Origin: an uncultured bacterium
GTDB lineage: Bacteria > Oederibacteriota > Oederibacteriia > Oederibacteriales > Oederibacteriaceae
Direction of reading: 5' to 3'
DNA length: 64,000 nucleotides
Assembly: GCA_965112635.1 (NCBI GenBank)
Contig: OZ218778.1
Location: 2,510,966-2,574,965, forward strand
Under the pieces are notes generated by a model. The model worked only from the letters and a program-made list of their open reading frames with translations. It was not told the origin of the DNA and did not search any database. Shown piece after piece: positions 44,031-53,913 of the stretch. Position 1 is the stretch's first letter; each line of letters opens with the position of its first letter. Both the position numbers and the translations under genes were made by a program.

Positions 44031-44753
44031 ATGAATTACAACAGGAGAAAATTTACCCGTTTGCCGCTGGTGGTGAACACGGATATTTTCAACGAGAACA
44101 GCAAGCAGTTCGTGGCCACCGGTTATCTGGGCGACATCAGCATCGGCGGGTTGGGCATCTACACCGCGACAGACCTAAAACTTCAGAACACCTACCTTTT
44201 CAATTTTGGCCTGCCCAACGGGATCATCTGCAGAGCGGTCAGGGGCAGGATCATGCTGCGGCGGCAGGAAAGCGGCGCCATCTACTTCGGGATCCAGTTC
44301 ATGGCCACGGACATCCTCACCAAATGGAAACTTCTGCAGGCTATCTGGTGGCTCAAGTTCCACCCCAAGTTCTATAAGAAACAGGACATGGGGCGTTCCG
44401 GGACGCCCCGCCATGACCAGCGCCGCTATCCCAGGGTCAGGACCAACCTGGCCATGGAGATCACCTACCATAAAAAAGACAAACCCGTCATGATAGGCAA
44501 GATCGTGGACGTCAGCGAAGGCGGGCTTTGCATCGAATGCAGCAAGCCGCTCAAGACTTCCCATCCTGTTTTCCTGACCTCGTTCAGCCTTTCCAACACC
44601 GCGGACGACTGGGAAAAAATATACGTCCAATGCAAACCCGTCTGGAAGATGATACGCCAACAGTCCTATATCTACGGAGTGAAGTTTATTAGCATCGGTT
44701 ACCTGCGCAGGAGAAAGATAAGACACTATATCATCAATAAGATGGCGGCTTAA
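44031..44753 (+). CDS. Tandem PilZ-domain protein (c-di-GMP-binding candidate)
   Basis: Two PilZ motif pairs: RRKFTRLPL...GDISIGGLGI and QRRYPRVRT...VDVSEGGLCI (RxxxR and D/NxSxGG). The start is taken at MNYNRRKF. Confidence 0.7.
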   Translation: MNYNRRKFTRLPLVVNTDIFNENSKQFVATGYLGDISIGGLGIYTATDLKLQNTYLFNFGLPNGIICRAVRGRIMLRRQESGAIYFGIQFMATDILTKWKLLQAIWWLKFHPKFYKKQDMGRSGTPRHDQRRYPRVRTNLAMEITYHKKDKPVMIGKIVDVSEGGLCIECSKPLKTSHPVFLTSFSLSNTADDWEKIYVQCKPVWKMIRQQSYIYGVKFISIGYLRRRKIRHYIINKMAA

Positions 44754-44795
44754 ATCCTGGCTCCGCCCTCAGACTCCAAACAACTCCCAAGGTAG

Positions 44796-45560
44796 CTATA
44801 CCTTCATACGGTTAAAAGACCACGCCCCCACGAGGATAAAAACCACGTCAAAGCAGATCACTATCAAAAGATTGGGAAGGAACGCCAGTGAAGATGAAGA
44901 TGCGCCCAGGATGGCGCACCGCAAGCCGTCCACCGCGTAAGTAGCCGGGTCCAGGTGAGTGATGACCCGCATCCAAGCCGGCAGGCCCTTCAGCGGATAC
45001 AGGGCTCCGGACAGGAGAAATAACGGATAGACCGCAAAACTGGCTACCAGCCCGAACCCCTCGGGACTTTCCATCAAAGAGCCCAGGATAAGCCCCAGGC
45101 TGACCAAACCCAGGGTCAGGGCAAAGAGCATCACCAGGGTCAGCCCTAAACTGGCCAGGGTGAAAGGAATACCCAGGAATACCCCGATGACCAGCAAAAT
45201 GCAGGCCTGCAATAAAGAATCGGTCATGCCTCCCAGAACTTTCCCGAAGAAAATGGTGGTACGGGAAAGCGGTGTGATCAGGACCTCTTTGAGAAAATCA
45301 ATTTTTTTGTCCCACACCACATAGGCGCCGTTGAACATGGAGTTGAAGATGATGGTCATGGCCAGGAATCCGGGGAAAATAAAGAACCGGTATTCCTGCC
45401 CGTCCATTTTGGTAATGGTCCCGATCCCCGACCCAAATATGAAATACCAGAACAAGGGCAGGAAAATGGCTGAGATGATGCGGCTGTACTCTCTCTGAAA
45501 AACTTTAAATTCCCTGTACCATAAAGCATAGATGCCTTTAAAAACTTTGCTAAAGTTCAT
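44796..45560 (-). CDS. ABC-2 family transporter permease
   Basis: A 254-aa six-transmembrane protein. The gene overlaps the upstream ATPase gene by 4 nt. Confidence 0.75.
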   Translation of the reverse strand: MNFSKVFKGIYALWYREFKVFQREYSRIISAIFLPLFWYFIFGSGIGTITKMDGQEYRFFIFPGFLAMTIIFNSMFNGAYVVWDKKIDFLKEVLITPLSRTTIFFGKVLGGMTDSLLQACILLVIGVFLGIPFTLASLGLTLVMLFALTLGLVSLGLILGSLMESPEGFGLVASFAVYPLFLLSGALYPLKGLPAWMRVITHLDPATYAVDGLRCAILGASSSSLAFLPNLLIVICFDVVFILVGAWSFNRMKV

Positions 45561-46534
45561 GTGTTGGAGCCCGCATTCGAGATCGTCCGGATATATTCCG
45601 AAGGATCCCCTTCCTGGTCACGCATAGCGTGGCCCGTATAGTGGAGAAAAACATCGTTGAGGTCCGGGGAATGCACTTCCACGAATTCCACTGACCCGGC
45701 CACACGCAGTAATTCCTGCAGGTTTTTGCCTGAATTTTCCACGGTCAGCCGCAGCTGCCCCTCCATCTGCTCTATTTTTTTGACGAACTTCAGCTGTTCC
45801 AGCTGGCCGGTCGAGATACTTTTTCCTCGCAGGACCACCTGGTCGCCCCCCAAATGACGCTTGAGGCTGTCCGGCGTGTCCAGCGCTACGATCTTGCCGT
45901 GGTCGATGATAGCGATCCGGCCGCACAGCTTTTCCGCTTCTTCCATATAGTGGGTGGTAATGATGACGGTCATGTTCATTTTTTTGGCCAGGGATTGGAT
46001 ATAGTCCCAGATATGTTCCCTGGTTTGCGGGTCCAACCCCAGGGTGGGCTCGTCCAGAAACAATATCTCCGGCTCATGCAGCAACCCCCTGGCCAGCTCC
46101 ATCCGGCGCCGCATACCTCCCGAATATTTTTTGACTATGTCATTCTGGCGGTCCAGGAGGTTTACCAAAGTCAGCACCTCTTTTATCTTCGGGTCGATTT
46201 TTTTCATAGGTACGTTATACATCAAGGCGTGCAATTTCAGATTTTCATAGCCGGTCAACAGCGTGTCGGAGCTGGGGTCCTGGAACACCATACCTATGGT
46301 GCTCCTGACCTTGTCCGGCCGGGACTGGACGTCAAATCCATTGACCAGGGCGGTGCCAGAGGTGGGTTTTAAGAGAGTGGACAGGATCATCAGGGTCGTG
46401 GTTTTGCCCGCGCCGTTGGGCCCCAGTAAACCGAATATCTCCCCTTGCTTGATAGTCAGGTTAATCCCATCCACAGCAGTCAGCGAATCATACTTTTTGA
46501 CCAAATTTGTCATTTTAATGGCATCCATTGACAA
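45557..46534 (-). CDS. ABC transporter ATP-binding protein (ABC-2 / DrrA-like)
   Basis: Walker A GPNGAGKTT, signature YSGGMRRRMELA and Walker B ILFLDEPT. Confidence 0.85.
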   Translation of the reverse strand: MSMDAIKMTNLVKKYDSLTAVDGINLTIKQGEIFGLLGPNGAGKTTTLMILSTLLKPTSGTALVNGFDVQSRPDKVRSTIGMVFQDPSSDTLLTGYENLKLHALMYNVPMKKIDPKIKEVLTLVNLLDRQNDIVKKYSGGMRRRMELARGLLHEPEILFLDEPTLGLDPQTREHIWDYIQSLAKKMNMTVIITTHYMEEAEKLCGRIAIIDHGKIVALDTPDSLKRHLGGDQVVLRGKSISTGQLEQLKFVKKIEQMEGQLRLTVENSGKNLQELLRVAGSVEFVEVHSPDLNDVFLHYTGHAMRDQEGDPSEYIRTISNAGSNT

Positions 46535-46765
46535 TATTTTCCTTTATTTAAAGCACAAAAAGTCTTAGTCCCCGCCTATCTATTCATAGACCAGGCCCTA
46601 CAACCATATTCTAGCCTTGCTATACTACCATTTATACCCAAAAAATGGGTTAGGAAACCAGGTACGAAAACCACTAAACTTTAATAAAACTGGAACTTTC
46701 CTTATTAAAAAATGTCTAAATATTATTAGTTGTATCAGAGACAAAAAACAAATTAGAAGGTAATA

Positions 46766-49684
46766 TTGTTGTATTCTCGGGTTTATGGAGAGTTATCAAT
46801 GCCAGCCAAAAAATTAAATGGATTAAATACCCTGCTATTTTCTTTTTTATTGTTGGCGGTTTTCTCCCTGTCGGCTTTTGCTGAAAACTGGCCGGGTTAT
46901 AAAGGATATTTAAAGGACAGCTTCTCCAGCGTCACCATCACTCCCACTTCCCTGGGTCTGAAATGGGCCAAGCGCTTCAATATTATTGTTCCCACCTCTG
47001 GCTGGAGTAATGGCACTGAGCATTCCCGTAATCTTGCGCTGTATAACAGCAATCTGGCTTTAGTCGCCACAATTGACCCCAATGTTGGTACTAATACAGC
47101 CTGCGTAACGGTTCTTAACGCCAACACCGGGAGTGTCCTGAATTGTCTGCAAACCAACCAAAGGTATGGCCCTTATAAGAGCCAGATGGACACCTGCGAT
47201 GAAGAGTTTAGCGAACATGTCCTGGCTTGGGATCCTGATACAGGCTATTTATTTTTAGCCATAGGCGGAGACCAGGCCGACAAGACCGCCATTGATCCGA
47301 TGCAAAACAGCGGCTCGTTTGACGGGACGCATATCCAGGCGGCCGTGGGAGCCTATCAAAATCTTGTCAACAACTGGCCCGGGATCCGCAGTGTGCGGAC
47401 ATATTTAGGCGCCTTTACTGATAACAGTGGGATGACCCGGGCAGAATGCTTTGATCCCAGGACCGGGGGCCAGGGCATGGGGCCTGACCAATGGGATTAT
47501 GGTGTCACAGCTGATGGGTCTAACTCAGCCGGATTCTATGATGTGGAACCGGGAAGCAATTATCTCATCGTCAACAAAAATGAAGGCCACGATCTTGCCG
47601 GGGGCACGATGCTCATCAACAAATACACAGGCTTGGCTGCCAGCCACGATTGGGACCAGTCGTATAACACCTACCTGGCCTGGCCGGCTTTTAAAATGTG
47701 GGGAGGCTACCTGGTGAACAAGGATAAGGCTTACTACATGGGTCCCTACAGCCCCACCCAGGCCGGCAATCTGCCGGGCGCCAATGACGTCAATAGCGGA
47801 TTGCGCCTTGGATGCATCCAATACCACGATGTCAATCAATATCCCCTGGATGGTGGATATACCGGCCAGGGAATGAGCGAGACCGCGACCATGACCTCCA
47901 AAGTGTTCGACTACCAGCTTTCCAGCCCTGCCCCATGCTGGGTTGAATGGGATAGCACCTATAGGAACAAAGCTTTCCTTGTGGATAGCAGTACAGGCGG
48001 GGTGTGGGCAGCCTGGAAGCCAACCGTGGCCGGCCCTGTCCAGTTGGTCAGTGCCACCCCGCTAAGCGAACAGACCTACAATCTATCCGTCGGCGCCAAC
48101 ATGCATCAGGAAGATATCTGGCACAATATGGCCCTGGCCGATCTGGGCGCAGCCGGAAAATATATTGTATATGCCTTGTTTAACGCCCAAAGTCCCACCA
48201 CCAGGGGGGTGTCCAATAGCAACTATCCCTCGGGCCCGGCCCTGGCTCCGACAGGCCCAAGCACACTCACTGTTTTTGACGCCAACGCCGGGACTGAAAA
48301 ATGGACCTACCAGTTAAATACCGCGGCCGGGAACGGTAACTACCCTACACTTCCTCCCAATCCGTGTGTTTTATATGCGGAAAAGAACAGGATGATCGTT
48401 ACGGGGAACTATGCTTATGTGTCCTGGATAGATACGCAGACCGGGCCTAACTTAAAATTAAATGTAGTGGGTTTTGATATTACCGCGGCATCCGCTCCGG
48501 CCTCGCCGCCCACACCTTTTACCTATGACCTGGGGGTAGCCCTCAACTCCAGCCTGACCCAGGGTTCTGGAGGTAATATGGCCAGCCGGGCCACGGACAT
48601 GATCGCGGCTGACGGCACCCTCTATGTGCTGGTAGAGGAAGAAACCTATGTGTCTGGTGACGGCGGTCTTACCACGCGTCCCGGCTATGTCAACGCCCAG
48701 CAGGTCATTGCCCTGAGCCAGGTCGCCCAAACCCCGACCTTTACTTCAACCCCGACTGCAACCAGCACGGCCACGGCGACACGCACCGCCACGCAGACCC
48801 CGACTCCCATCGCCTCGTCAACTTCCACGGTGACTTCCAGTCAGACCCTGACCAGCTCCCAAACGGTGACCCCATCCCTTACCCTCACCCCTAGCCATAC
48901 CAATACAATCACTACCACTTCTACCCAGACGCTCACGAGTTCCCAGACCGTAACGCCTTCATTGACCCTGACTTCCAGCCAGACCTTTACCATCACCCAG
49001 ACCTCGACCCAGTCCTACACCTCGACCCAAACCCTGACCTCTACTCAAACATCCACTCCTAGCCAGACCTTTACCATCACCCAGACCTCCACCCAGACCA
49101 ATTCACCGACCCAAACATTGACACCGTCCGAAACCCTGACCTCCAGCCAGACCTTTACCGTGACGGTCACCGCGACTCAGACAGCCACCTTTACCCAGAC
49201 CCTAACTGTTACTCAGACCCTGACCTCTAGCAACACCTTTACCGTGACCAACACCGTAACGCCTTCCCAAACTGTGACGCCAAGCCTGACCGTGACATCA
49301 AGCGCCACCCTGACCAGCTCCCTGACCTTTACCCCGACTCCCAGCGGCAAACTACAAATTCTGCAGCATGTGCCCTACCCCAACCCGGTCCAGCATAATA
49401 ATATGAGCATTTACGTGGAGCTGGCTGATGTCCCTAATAAGATGAATTTCAAGCTTTACACCTGCGGGATGAGGCTGGTGCGGGCTTTCCATATTGAACA
49501 ACCTGGGAATAATATGCAGATCGTGTATGACAACAATGTGGCCAGGTACGCCTACACGTTCAACTACGACCTTACGGACGGGAACGGCAACTTGCTCGCC
49601 AACGGCCTTTATTACTACGTGATCGAATCATCCAAAAACCAGGTCAACTACAGGGTCATCGGCAAATTCTTCGTCCTGCGTTAA
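46766..49684 (+). CDS. Large secreted protein (972 aa). It has a signal peptide, an N-terminal domain of about 640 aa (possibly a beta-propeller), a Thr/Ser-rich linker and a C-terminal T9SS/FlgD-Ig-like sorting domain.
   Basis: Signal peptide (LLFSFLLLAVFSLSAFA). It is a paralogue of 50835-53825. The C-terminus reads VPYPNPVQHNNMSIYVELADVP..FKLYTCGMRLVRAF..NGLYYYVIES..VIGKFFVLR. Confidence 0.65.
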   Translation: MLYSRVYGELSMPAKKLNGLNTLLFSFLLLAVFSLSAFAENWPGYKGYLKDSFSSVTITPTSLGLKWAKRFNIIVPTSGWSNGTEHSRNLALYNSNLALVATIDPNVGTNTACVTVLNANTGSVLNCLQTNQRYGPYKSQMDTCDEEFSEHVLAWDPDTGYLFLAIGGDQADKTAIDPMQNSGSFDGTHIQAAVGAYQNLVNNWPGIRSVRTYLGAFTDNSGMTRAECFDPRTGGQGMGPDQWDYGVTADGSNSAGFYDVEPGSNYLIVNKNEGHDLAGGTMLINKYTGLAASHDWDQSYNTYLAWPAFKMWGGYLVNKDKAYYMGPYSPTQAGNLPGANDVNSGLRLGCIQYHDVNQYPLDGGYTGQGMSETATMTSKVFDYQLSSPAPCWVEWDSTYRNKAFLVDSSTGGVWAAWKPTVAGPVQLVSATPLSEQTYNLSVGANMHQEDIWHNMALADLGAAGKYIVYALFNAQSPTTRGVSNSNYPSGPALAPTGPSTLTVFDANAGTEKWTYQLNTAAGNGNYPTLPPNPCVLYAEKNRMIVTGNYAYVSWIDTQTGPNLKLNVVGFDITAASAPASPPTPFTYDLGVALNSSLTQGSGGNMASRATDMIAADGTLYVLVEEETYVSGDGGLTTRPGYVNAQQVIALSQVAQTPTFTSTPTATSTATATRTATQTPTPIASSTSTVTSSQTLTSSQTVTPSLTLTPSHTNTITTTSTQTLTSSQTVTPSLTLTSSQTFTITQTSTQSYTSTQTLTSTQTSTPSQTFTITQTSTQTNSPTQTLTPSETLTSSQTFTVTVTATQTATFTQTLTVTQTLTSSNTFTVTNTVTPSQTVTPSLTVTSSATLTSSLTFTPTPSGKLQILQHVPYPNPVQHNNMSIYVELADVPNKMNFKLYTCGMRLVRAFHIEQPGNNMQIVYDNNVARYAYTFNYDLTDGNGNLLANGLYYYVIESSKNQVNYRVIGKFFVLR
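48728..49350 (+). repeat. Low-complexity tandem repeat encoding a Thr/Ser/Pro-rich linker (TQTLTSSQTFT-type)
   Basis: The repetitive cagaccctgacc... units are seen directly in the sequence. Confidence 0.8.
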
Positions 49685-49769
49685 CAGCCCGCGGTTCTTC
49701 TCCAACCTTAACAGCATAACCATAGTAATTTGTGAATGATTTAGTTGTGAGCAGTGGACGAGGGGGGAA

Positions 49770-50669
49770 TTAACTTTTCTTCCGGGATACTAAGCGGAAA
49801 GCCCGCGGCGTCAGGCCGGTGACCCTCTTGAAGGCTATGGTGAAGCTATGGCTGGAGGAAAAGCCCAGGTCCAGCCCTATCTTCTTGACCTGATCATTGG
49901 ACTTGGCCAGCTTCTCACGGGCGCAATTAACACGCTGGCGGAGATAGTAGTACGCTGGAGAAAGCCCTGTCTGTTTTTTGAACTGGTTCTTGAAATAGGA
50001 AAGAGCCCAGCCCAGTTTTTTGCTGATCTCGGATAAGGCCAGGGGCCTGGCCAGGTTTTGGTTCATGAGTTGTATGGCCTCTTTGACCAGCACCGATTGT
50101 CTCGGGGGACGCGCCACGTTCTGCCCTGCTCTTAAAACCGCCAAAAGAAGTTCCAACAAAGCAGCCCTGGTGTCCAATACCCTAAATGGGTTTTCGGGGA
50201 GACTGAGGTTGGCCAAAATCCGGTCAAAAGAAGTTTCCACCACAGCTGGAACCGGAAAACAGCACTGGGGCAGTTGCCGCAGCCTCGCGCATAACGCCCA
50301 GGCTTCTTCTTTAGGTAAACCTAAAAAGTTACCTTTCTTTTGCGCCTCGAAGGACACGCAGACCCAGTACATCTCACAGGGGGTGAAAAGATTCTCCGCT
50401 GCCCCGTGCTTTTCTTTGTGCTGGGTGATGGCTACCTGACCGCTGCGCAGCTCATAAAAATGCGGCTCCTCTGACCCGAACCGCTTGCTCACCCCGCGTT
50501 TCATGTAAAGGATCTCCAGCGCGTCGTGGACGTGCAACTCATCCTCTTCGTTAATATGAGTTCTTTTTATGATAGTTTTCCCTGCGATCACCAATTCCGG
50601 GATACCAACCAACGGATCATAGTGATCAATGGCTGCGTAAAGGTGGTCGTTATGTTTTATTTTGCTCAA
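49770..50669 (-). CDS. AraC-family transcriptional regulator (N-terminal cupin-like domain, C-terminal HTH)
   Basis: The C-terminal double HTH (ISKKLGWALSYFKNQFKKQTGLSPAYY...IGLDLGFSSSHSFTIAFKRVTGLTPRAF) is typical AraC. It lies between the two secreted paralogues. Confidence 0.8.
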   Translation of the reverse strand: MSKIKHNDHLYAAIDHYDPLVGIPELVIAGKTIIKRTHINEEDELHVHDALEILYMKRGVSKRFGSEEPHFYELRSGQVAITQHKEKHGAAENLFTPCEMYWVCVSFEAQKKGNFLGLPKEEAWALCARLRQLPQCCFPVPAVVETSFDRILANLSLPENPFRVLDTRAALLELLLAVLRAGQNVARPPRQSVLVKEAIQLMNQNLARPLALSEISKKLGWALSYFKNQFKKQTGLSPAYYYLRQRVNCAREKLAKSNDQVKKIGLDLGFSSSHSFTIAFKRVTGLTPRAFRLVSRKKS

Positions 50670-50834
50670 TGTCCAGCTGCCCCTCCCCTAAAAACCATGA
50701 AAAACATAAGCAATATGCTTCCGAATAGTCACAAAGATACAGTGTACTTTTTGAACTATCATTTCAGAAACTCTACTCGGTCTTAGGTGTCTAATTATAC
50801 ATAAATAAACTACCGATACACAAATCGGAGAAAC
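50670..50834. promoter_or_regulatory. AT-rich divergent intergenic region between the AraC regulator (minus) and the secreted paralogue (plus). It is a likely promoter and operator region.
   Basis: 165 nt of low GC. It is divergently arranged with an AraC-family gene. Confidence 0.25.
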
Positions 50835-53825
50835 ATGATGGCTAAATTCAAAAATTTAATGGTTATCCTTACCCTGATCATTATTTTACCCCCGCTGGTT
50901 TTTGCGGAGAATTGGCCGGGCTATAAGGGATTTCTAAAAGACAGCTTTTCCAGCGTCACCATTACTCCCTCTGCCCTAGGTTTAAAATGGGCCAAGCGTT
51001 TTACCTACCTAGCTCCCGATAACCATGATACAGGCGGTCACCTCGCCTGCGAACATTCCCGCAATATCGTCCTCCTAAACGGCAAACTGGCGCTCTGCGG
51101 TTCTGTGGACCCCAACGCCGCTACCAACACCAATGTCTGCTATATCACCATCCTCGATGCCAATACCGGCAACGCTTTAAATTGTCTCACGACCAGCCAA
51201 AGATGGGGCCCTTACAAAAACATGATAGACGTCTGCGACGCCGAGGAAGCGGAACAAATTTTAATGTGGGACCCTGACACAGGCTATTTATTCATTGACG
51301 CTGGCGGCGACATGGCCGACAAAACCGCTATCGATCCCCTGGCCAATTCCGGCTCCTTTGACGGCACCGATGCGCAGATAGCCTTCGGGGCCTATGGGAA
51401 CCTCGCCACCAACTGGCCCAGCATTCGCAGCGTCCGCACCTACAGCGAAGTGGGCAATACTGATAATAACGGTTTGACCCGTGCGGAATGTTACAGCCAA
51501 AAAACCGACGCCGAAGGTATGGCCCCTGATGCATGGGATTACGGCACTACGGGAAACGGCTCTAACCAGGATGGTTTCAATGATTGTGAGCCTGGAAGTG
51601 AATATCTCGTAGCCAGTAAAAACGAGGGTCATGATGTGGCAGGCGGTGTGATGCTCATCAACAAATACACAGGCCTGGCTGCCAGCCATGATTGGGACCA
51701 GGCCTACAACACCTATCTGGGCTGGCCCGTATTTAAAATGTGGGGAGGCTTCCTGGTCAACCAGGACAAAGCTTACTATATGGGCCCTTATGACCCCACT
51801 GTTCCCGGCAACAGTTCTAGCCCCAATGCCAATGATGTCCAAAAGGGCCTGCAGTTGGGCTGTCTGCAATACCAGGACCAAAACCAGTATCCCTTGGACG
51901 GAGGTTATACCGGAAATGGCATGAATGAAACCGCGGTCAAAATTGCCAGCGTATTCAACTATACCTTCACCAGTGCCGGCCAGGCCTGGCAGGAAACCGA
52001 TGGTACCTATAGGAACAAAGCCTTTCTCCTGGATAGCGCGACCGGCGGTGTCTGGGCAGCTTGGAAACCGACCGTGGCCGGCACGGTCCAGCTGGTCAAC
52101 GCCACTCCGTCAACCAGCCAGACCTATAACTTGTCCGTGGGAACCAATATGCAACAGGCGGATATCTGGCCCAACATGGCCTTGGCCAACCTGGGCGCTG
52201 CCGGAAAATATATCGTCTACGCCATATTCAACGCGCAAACTCCCACTAACAGAGGCGGTCCGGCAGGACATCCGGGCAACCAGCCCACGGGTCCAGCCTT
52301 AGCGCCGACAGGCCCAAGCACACTCACGGTTTTTGACTGCAATGCTGGGACTGAAAAATGGACCTACCAGTTGAACAACACTGCAGGGAACGGCAACTAC
52401 CCGACACTTTCCCCCAACATGTTCGTACTATACTCCGAAAGGGAAAGGATGATCGTCACGGGAAATTATGCCTATGTATCCTGGATAGATATGCAGACCG
52501 GACCTAATTTGAAATTAAATGTGGTGGGCTTTGACATTACCGCGAACAGCGCCCCAGCCGTGCCCCCCACTCCCTTTACTTATGACCTGGGCGTGGCCCT
52601 TAACGGCAGCACGACCGCGGGACAGGGCGGGAATATGGCCAGCCGCGCCACGGACATGATCGCGGCCGACGGCACCCTCTACGTGCTGGTGGACGAGGAA
52701 ACCCTGGTCAATGGTGACGGCGGTCTTACCACCCGACCCGGTTACCTCAATGCCCAGCAAATCATTGCCTTGAGCCAGGCCGCCCAAACCCCGACCTTTA
52801 CCTCCACCCCGACCTCCACGAGCACGGCTACAGCGACGCGCACCGTCACCCAGTCCCCTACGATAAGCCCCACCTTGACGGCCACGGTCACCTCCAGCCA
52901 GACCACCACTAGATCTCAGACCGTAACCCCATCCCTGACCCTCACTCCCAGTCTGACCGCTACCATAACCACCACCTCAACGCAGACCGTGACCAGCTCC
53001 CAAACCGTAACTCCTTCTCTGACCCCTACTCCCAGCCTGACCTTTACTATCACCACCACCTCCACCCAGACCTATACCGCGACGCAGACCCTGACCTCTT
53101 CTAAAACACCTACTTCCAGTCAGACCTTTACAATCACCACTACCTTCACTCAGACCTGCACCTCTACGCAAACTCTGACCTTTACCCAGACATCCACGGC
53201 CACCCAGACCGCCACGGCTACCAACACAGCCACCCAGACCTATTCACCCACTCAGACCCTGACCCCTTCGCAAACCCTGACTTCCAGCCAGACCTTTACC
53301 GTGACAGTCACCGCGACCCAGACTGTCACCTTTACCCAAACCGCGACCTTTACTCAGACCCTGACCTCTAGCAACACCTTTACCGTGACCAACACCGTGA
53401 CGCCTTCCCAGACTGTGACCCCCAGCCTGACTGTGACTTCAAGCGCCACCCTGACCAGCTCCCTGACTTTTACCCCGACTCCCAGCGGCAAACTGCAGAT
53501 CCTGCAGCATGTGCCCTACCCCAACCCTGTCCAGCATAATAATATGAGCATTTATGTGGAGCTGGCTGACGTGCCCGGCAGGATGAATTTCAAGTTTTAC
53601 ACCTGCGGGATGAGGCTGGTGCGGGCTTTCCATATTGAACAACCTGGGAATAATATGCAGATCGTGTATGACAACAATGTGGCCAGGTACGCCTACACGC
53701 TTAACTACGACCTTACGGACGGGAACGGCAACTTGCTTGCCAACGGTCTGTATTATTACGCCATTGAGACCAGTAATAGCGCTATGAAGTACAGGGTCAT
53801 CGGCAAATTCGTCGTCCTGCGCTGA
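50835..53825 (+). CDS. Large secreted protein (996 aa), paralogue of 46766-49684 with the same three-part architecture
   Basis: Signal peptide (MVILTLIIILPPLVFA). It shares the ENWPGYKG...SVTITP N-terminus and a nearly identical CTD with the paralogue. Confidence 0.65.
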   Translation: MMAKFKNLMVILTLIIILPPLVFAENWPGYKGFLKDSFSSVTITPSALGLKWAKRFTYLAPDNHDTGGHLACEHSRNIVLLNGKLALCGSVDPNAATNTNVCYITILDANTGNALNCLTTSQRWGPYKNMIDVCDAEEAEQILMWDPDTGYLFIDAGGDMADKTAIDPLANSGSFDGTDAQIAFGAYGNLATNWPSIRSVRTYSEVGNTDNNGLTRAECYSQKTDAEGMAPDAWDYGTTGNGSNQDGFNDCEPGSEYLVASKNEGHDVAGGVMLINKYTGLAASHDWDQAYNTYLGWPVFKMWGGFLVNQDKAYYMGPYDPTVPGNSSSPNANDVQKGLQLGCLQYQDQNQYPLDGGYTGNGMNETAVKIASVFNYTFTSAGQAWQETDGTYRNKAFLLDSATGGVWAAWKPTVAGTVQLVNATPSTSQTYNLSVGTNMQQADIWPNMALANLGAAGKYIVYAIFNAQTPTNRGGPAGHPGNQPTGPALAPTGPSTLTVFDCNAGTEKWTYQLNNTAGNGNYPTLSPNMFVLYSERERMIVTGNYAYVSWIDMQTGPNLKLNVVGFDITANSAPAVPPTPFTYDLGVALNGSTTAGQGGNMASRATDMIAADGTLYVLVDEETLVNGDGGLTTRPGYLNAQQIIALSQAAQTPTFTSTPTSTSTATATRTVTQSPTISPTLTATVTSSQTTTRSQTVTPSLTLTPSLTATITTTSTQTVTSSQTVTPSLTPTPSLTFTITTTSTQTYTATQTLTSSKTPTSSQTFTITTTFTQTCTSTQTLTFTQTSTATQTATATNTATQTYSPTQTLTPSQTLTSSQTFTVTVTATQTVTFTQTATFTQTLTSSNTFTVTNTVTPSQTVTPSLTVTSSATLTSSLTFTPTPSGKLQILQHVPYPNPVQHNNMSIYVELADVPGRMNFKFYTCGMRLVRAFHIEQPGNNMQIVYDNNVARYAYTLNYDLTDGNGNLLANGLYYYAIETSNSAMKYRVIGKFVVLR
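52790..53490 (+). repeat. Low-complexity tandem repeat encoding a Thr/Ser/Pro-rich linker
   Basis: Seen directly. The 3' part is nearly identical to 49140-49350. Confidence 0.8.
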
Positions 53826-53913
53826 TAGGCCTACACCCTACCCTACTTTATCCCTTGCTAGCTAATAATCCGAACAGTTAACCAGAGAGAATATAGGATA
53901 GCTACCAGGCCCT

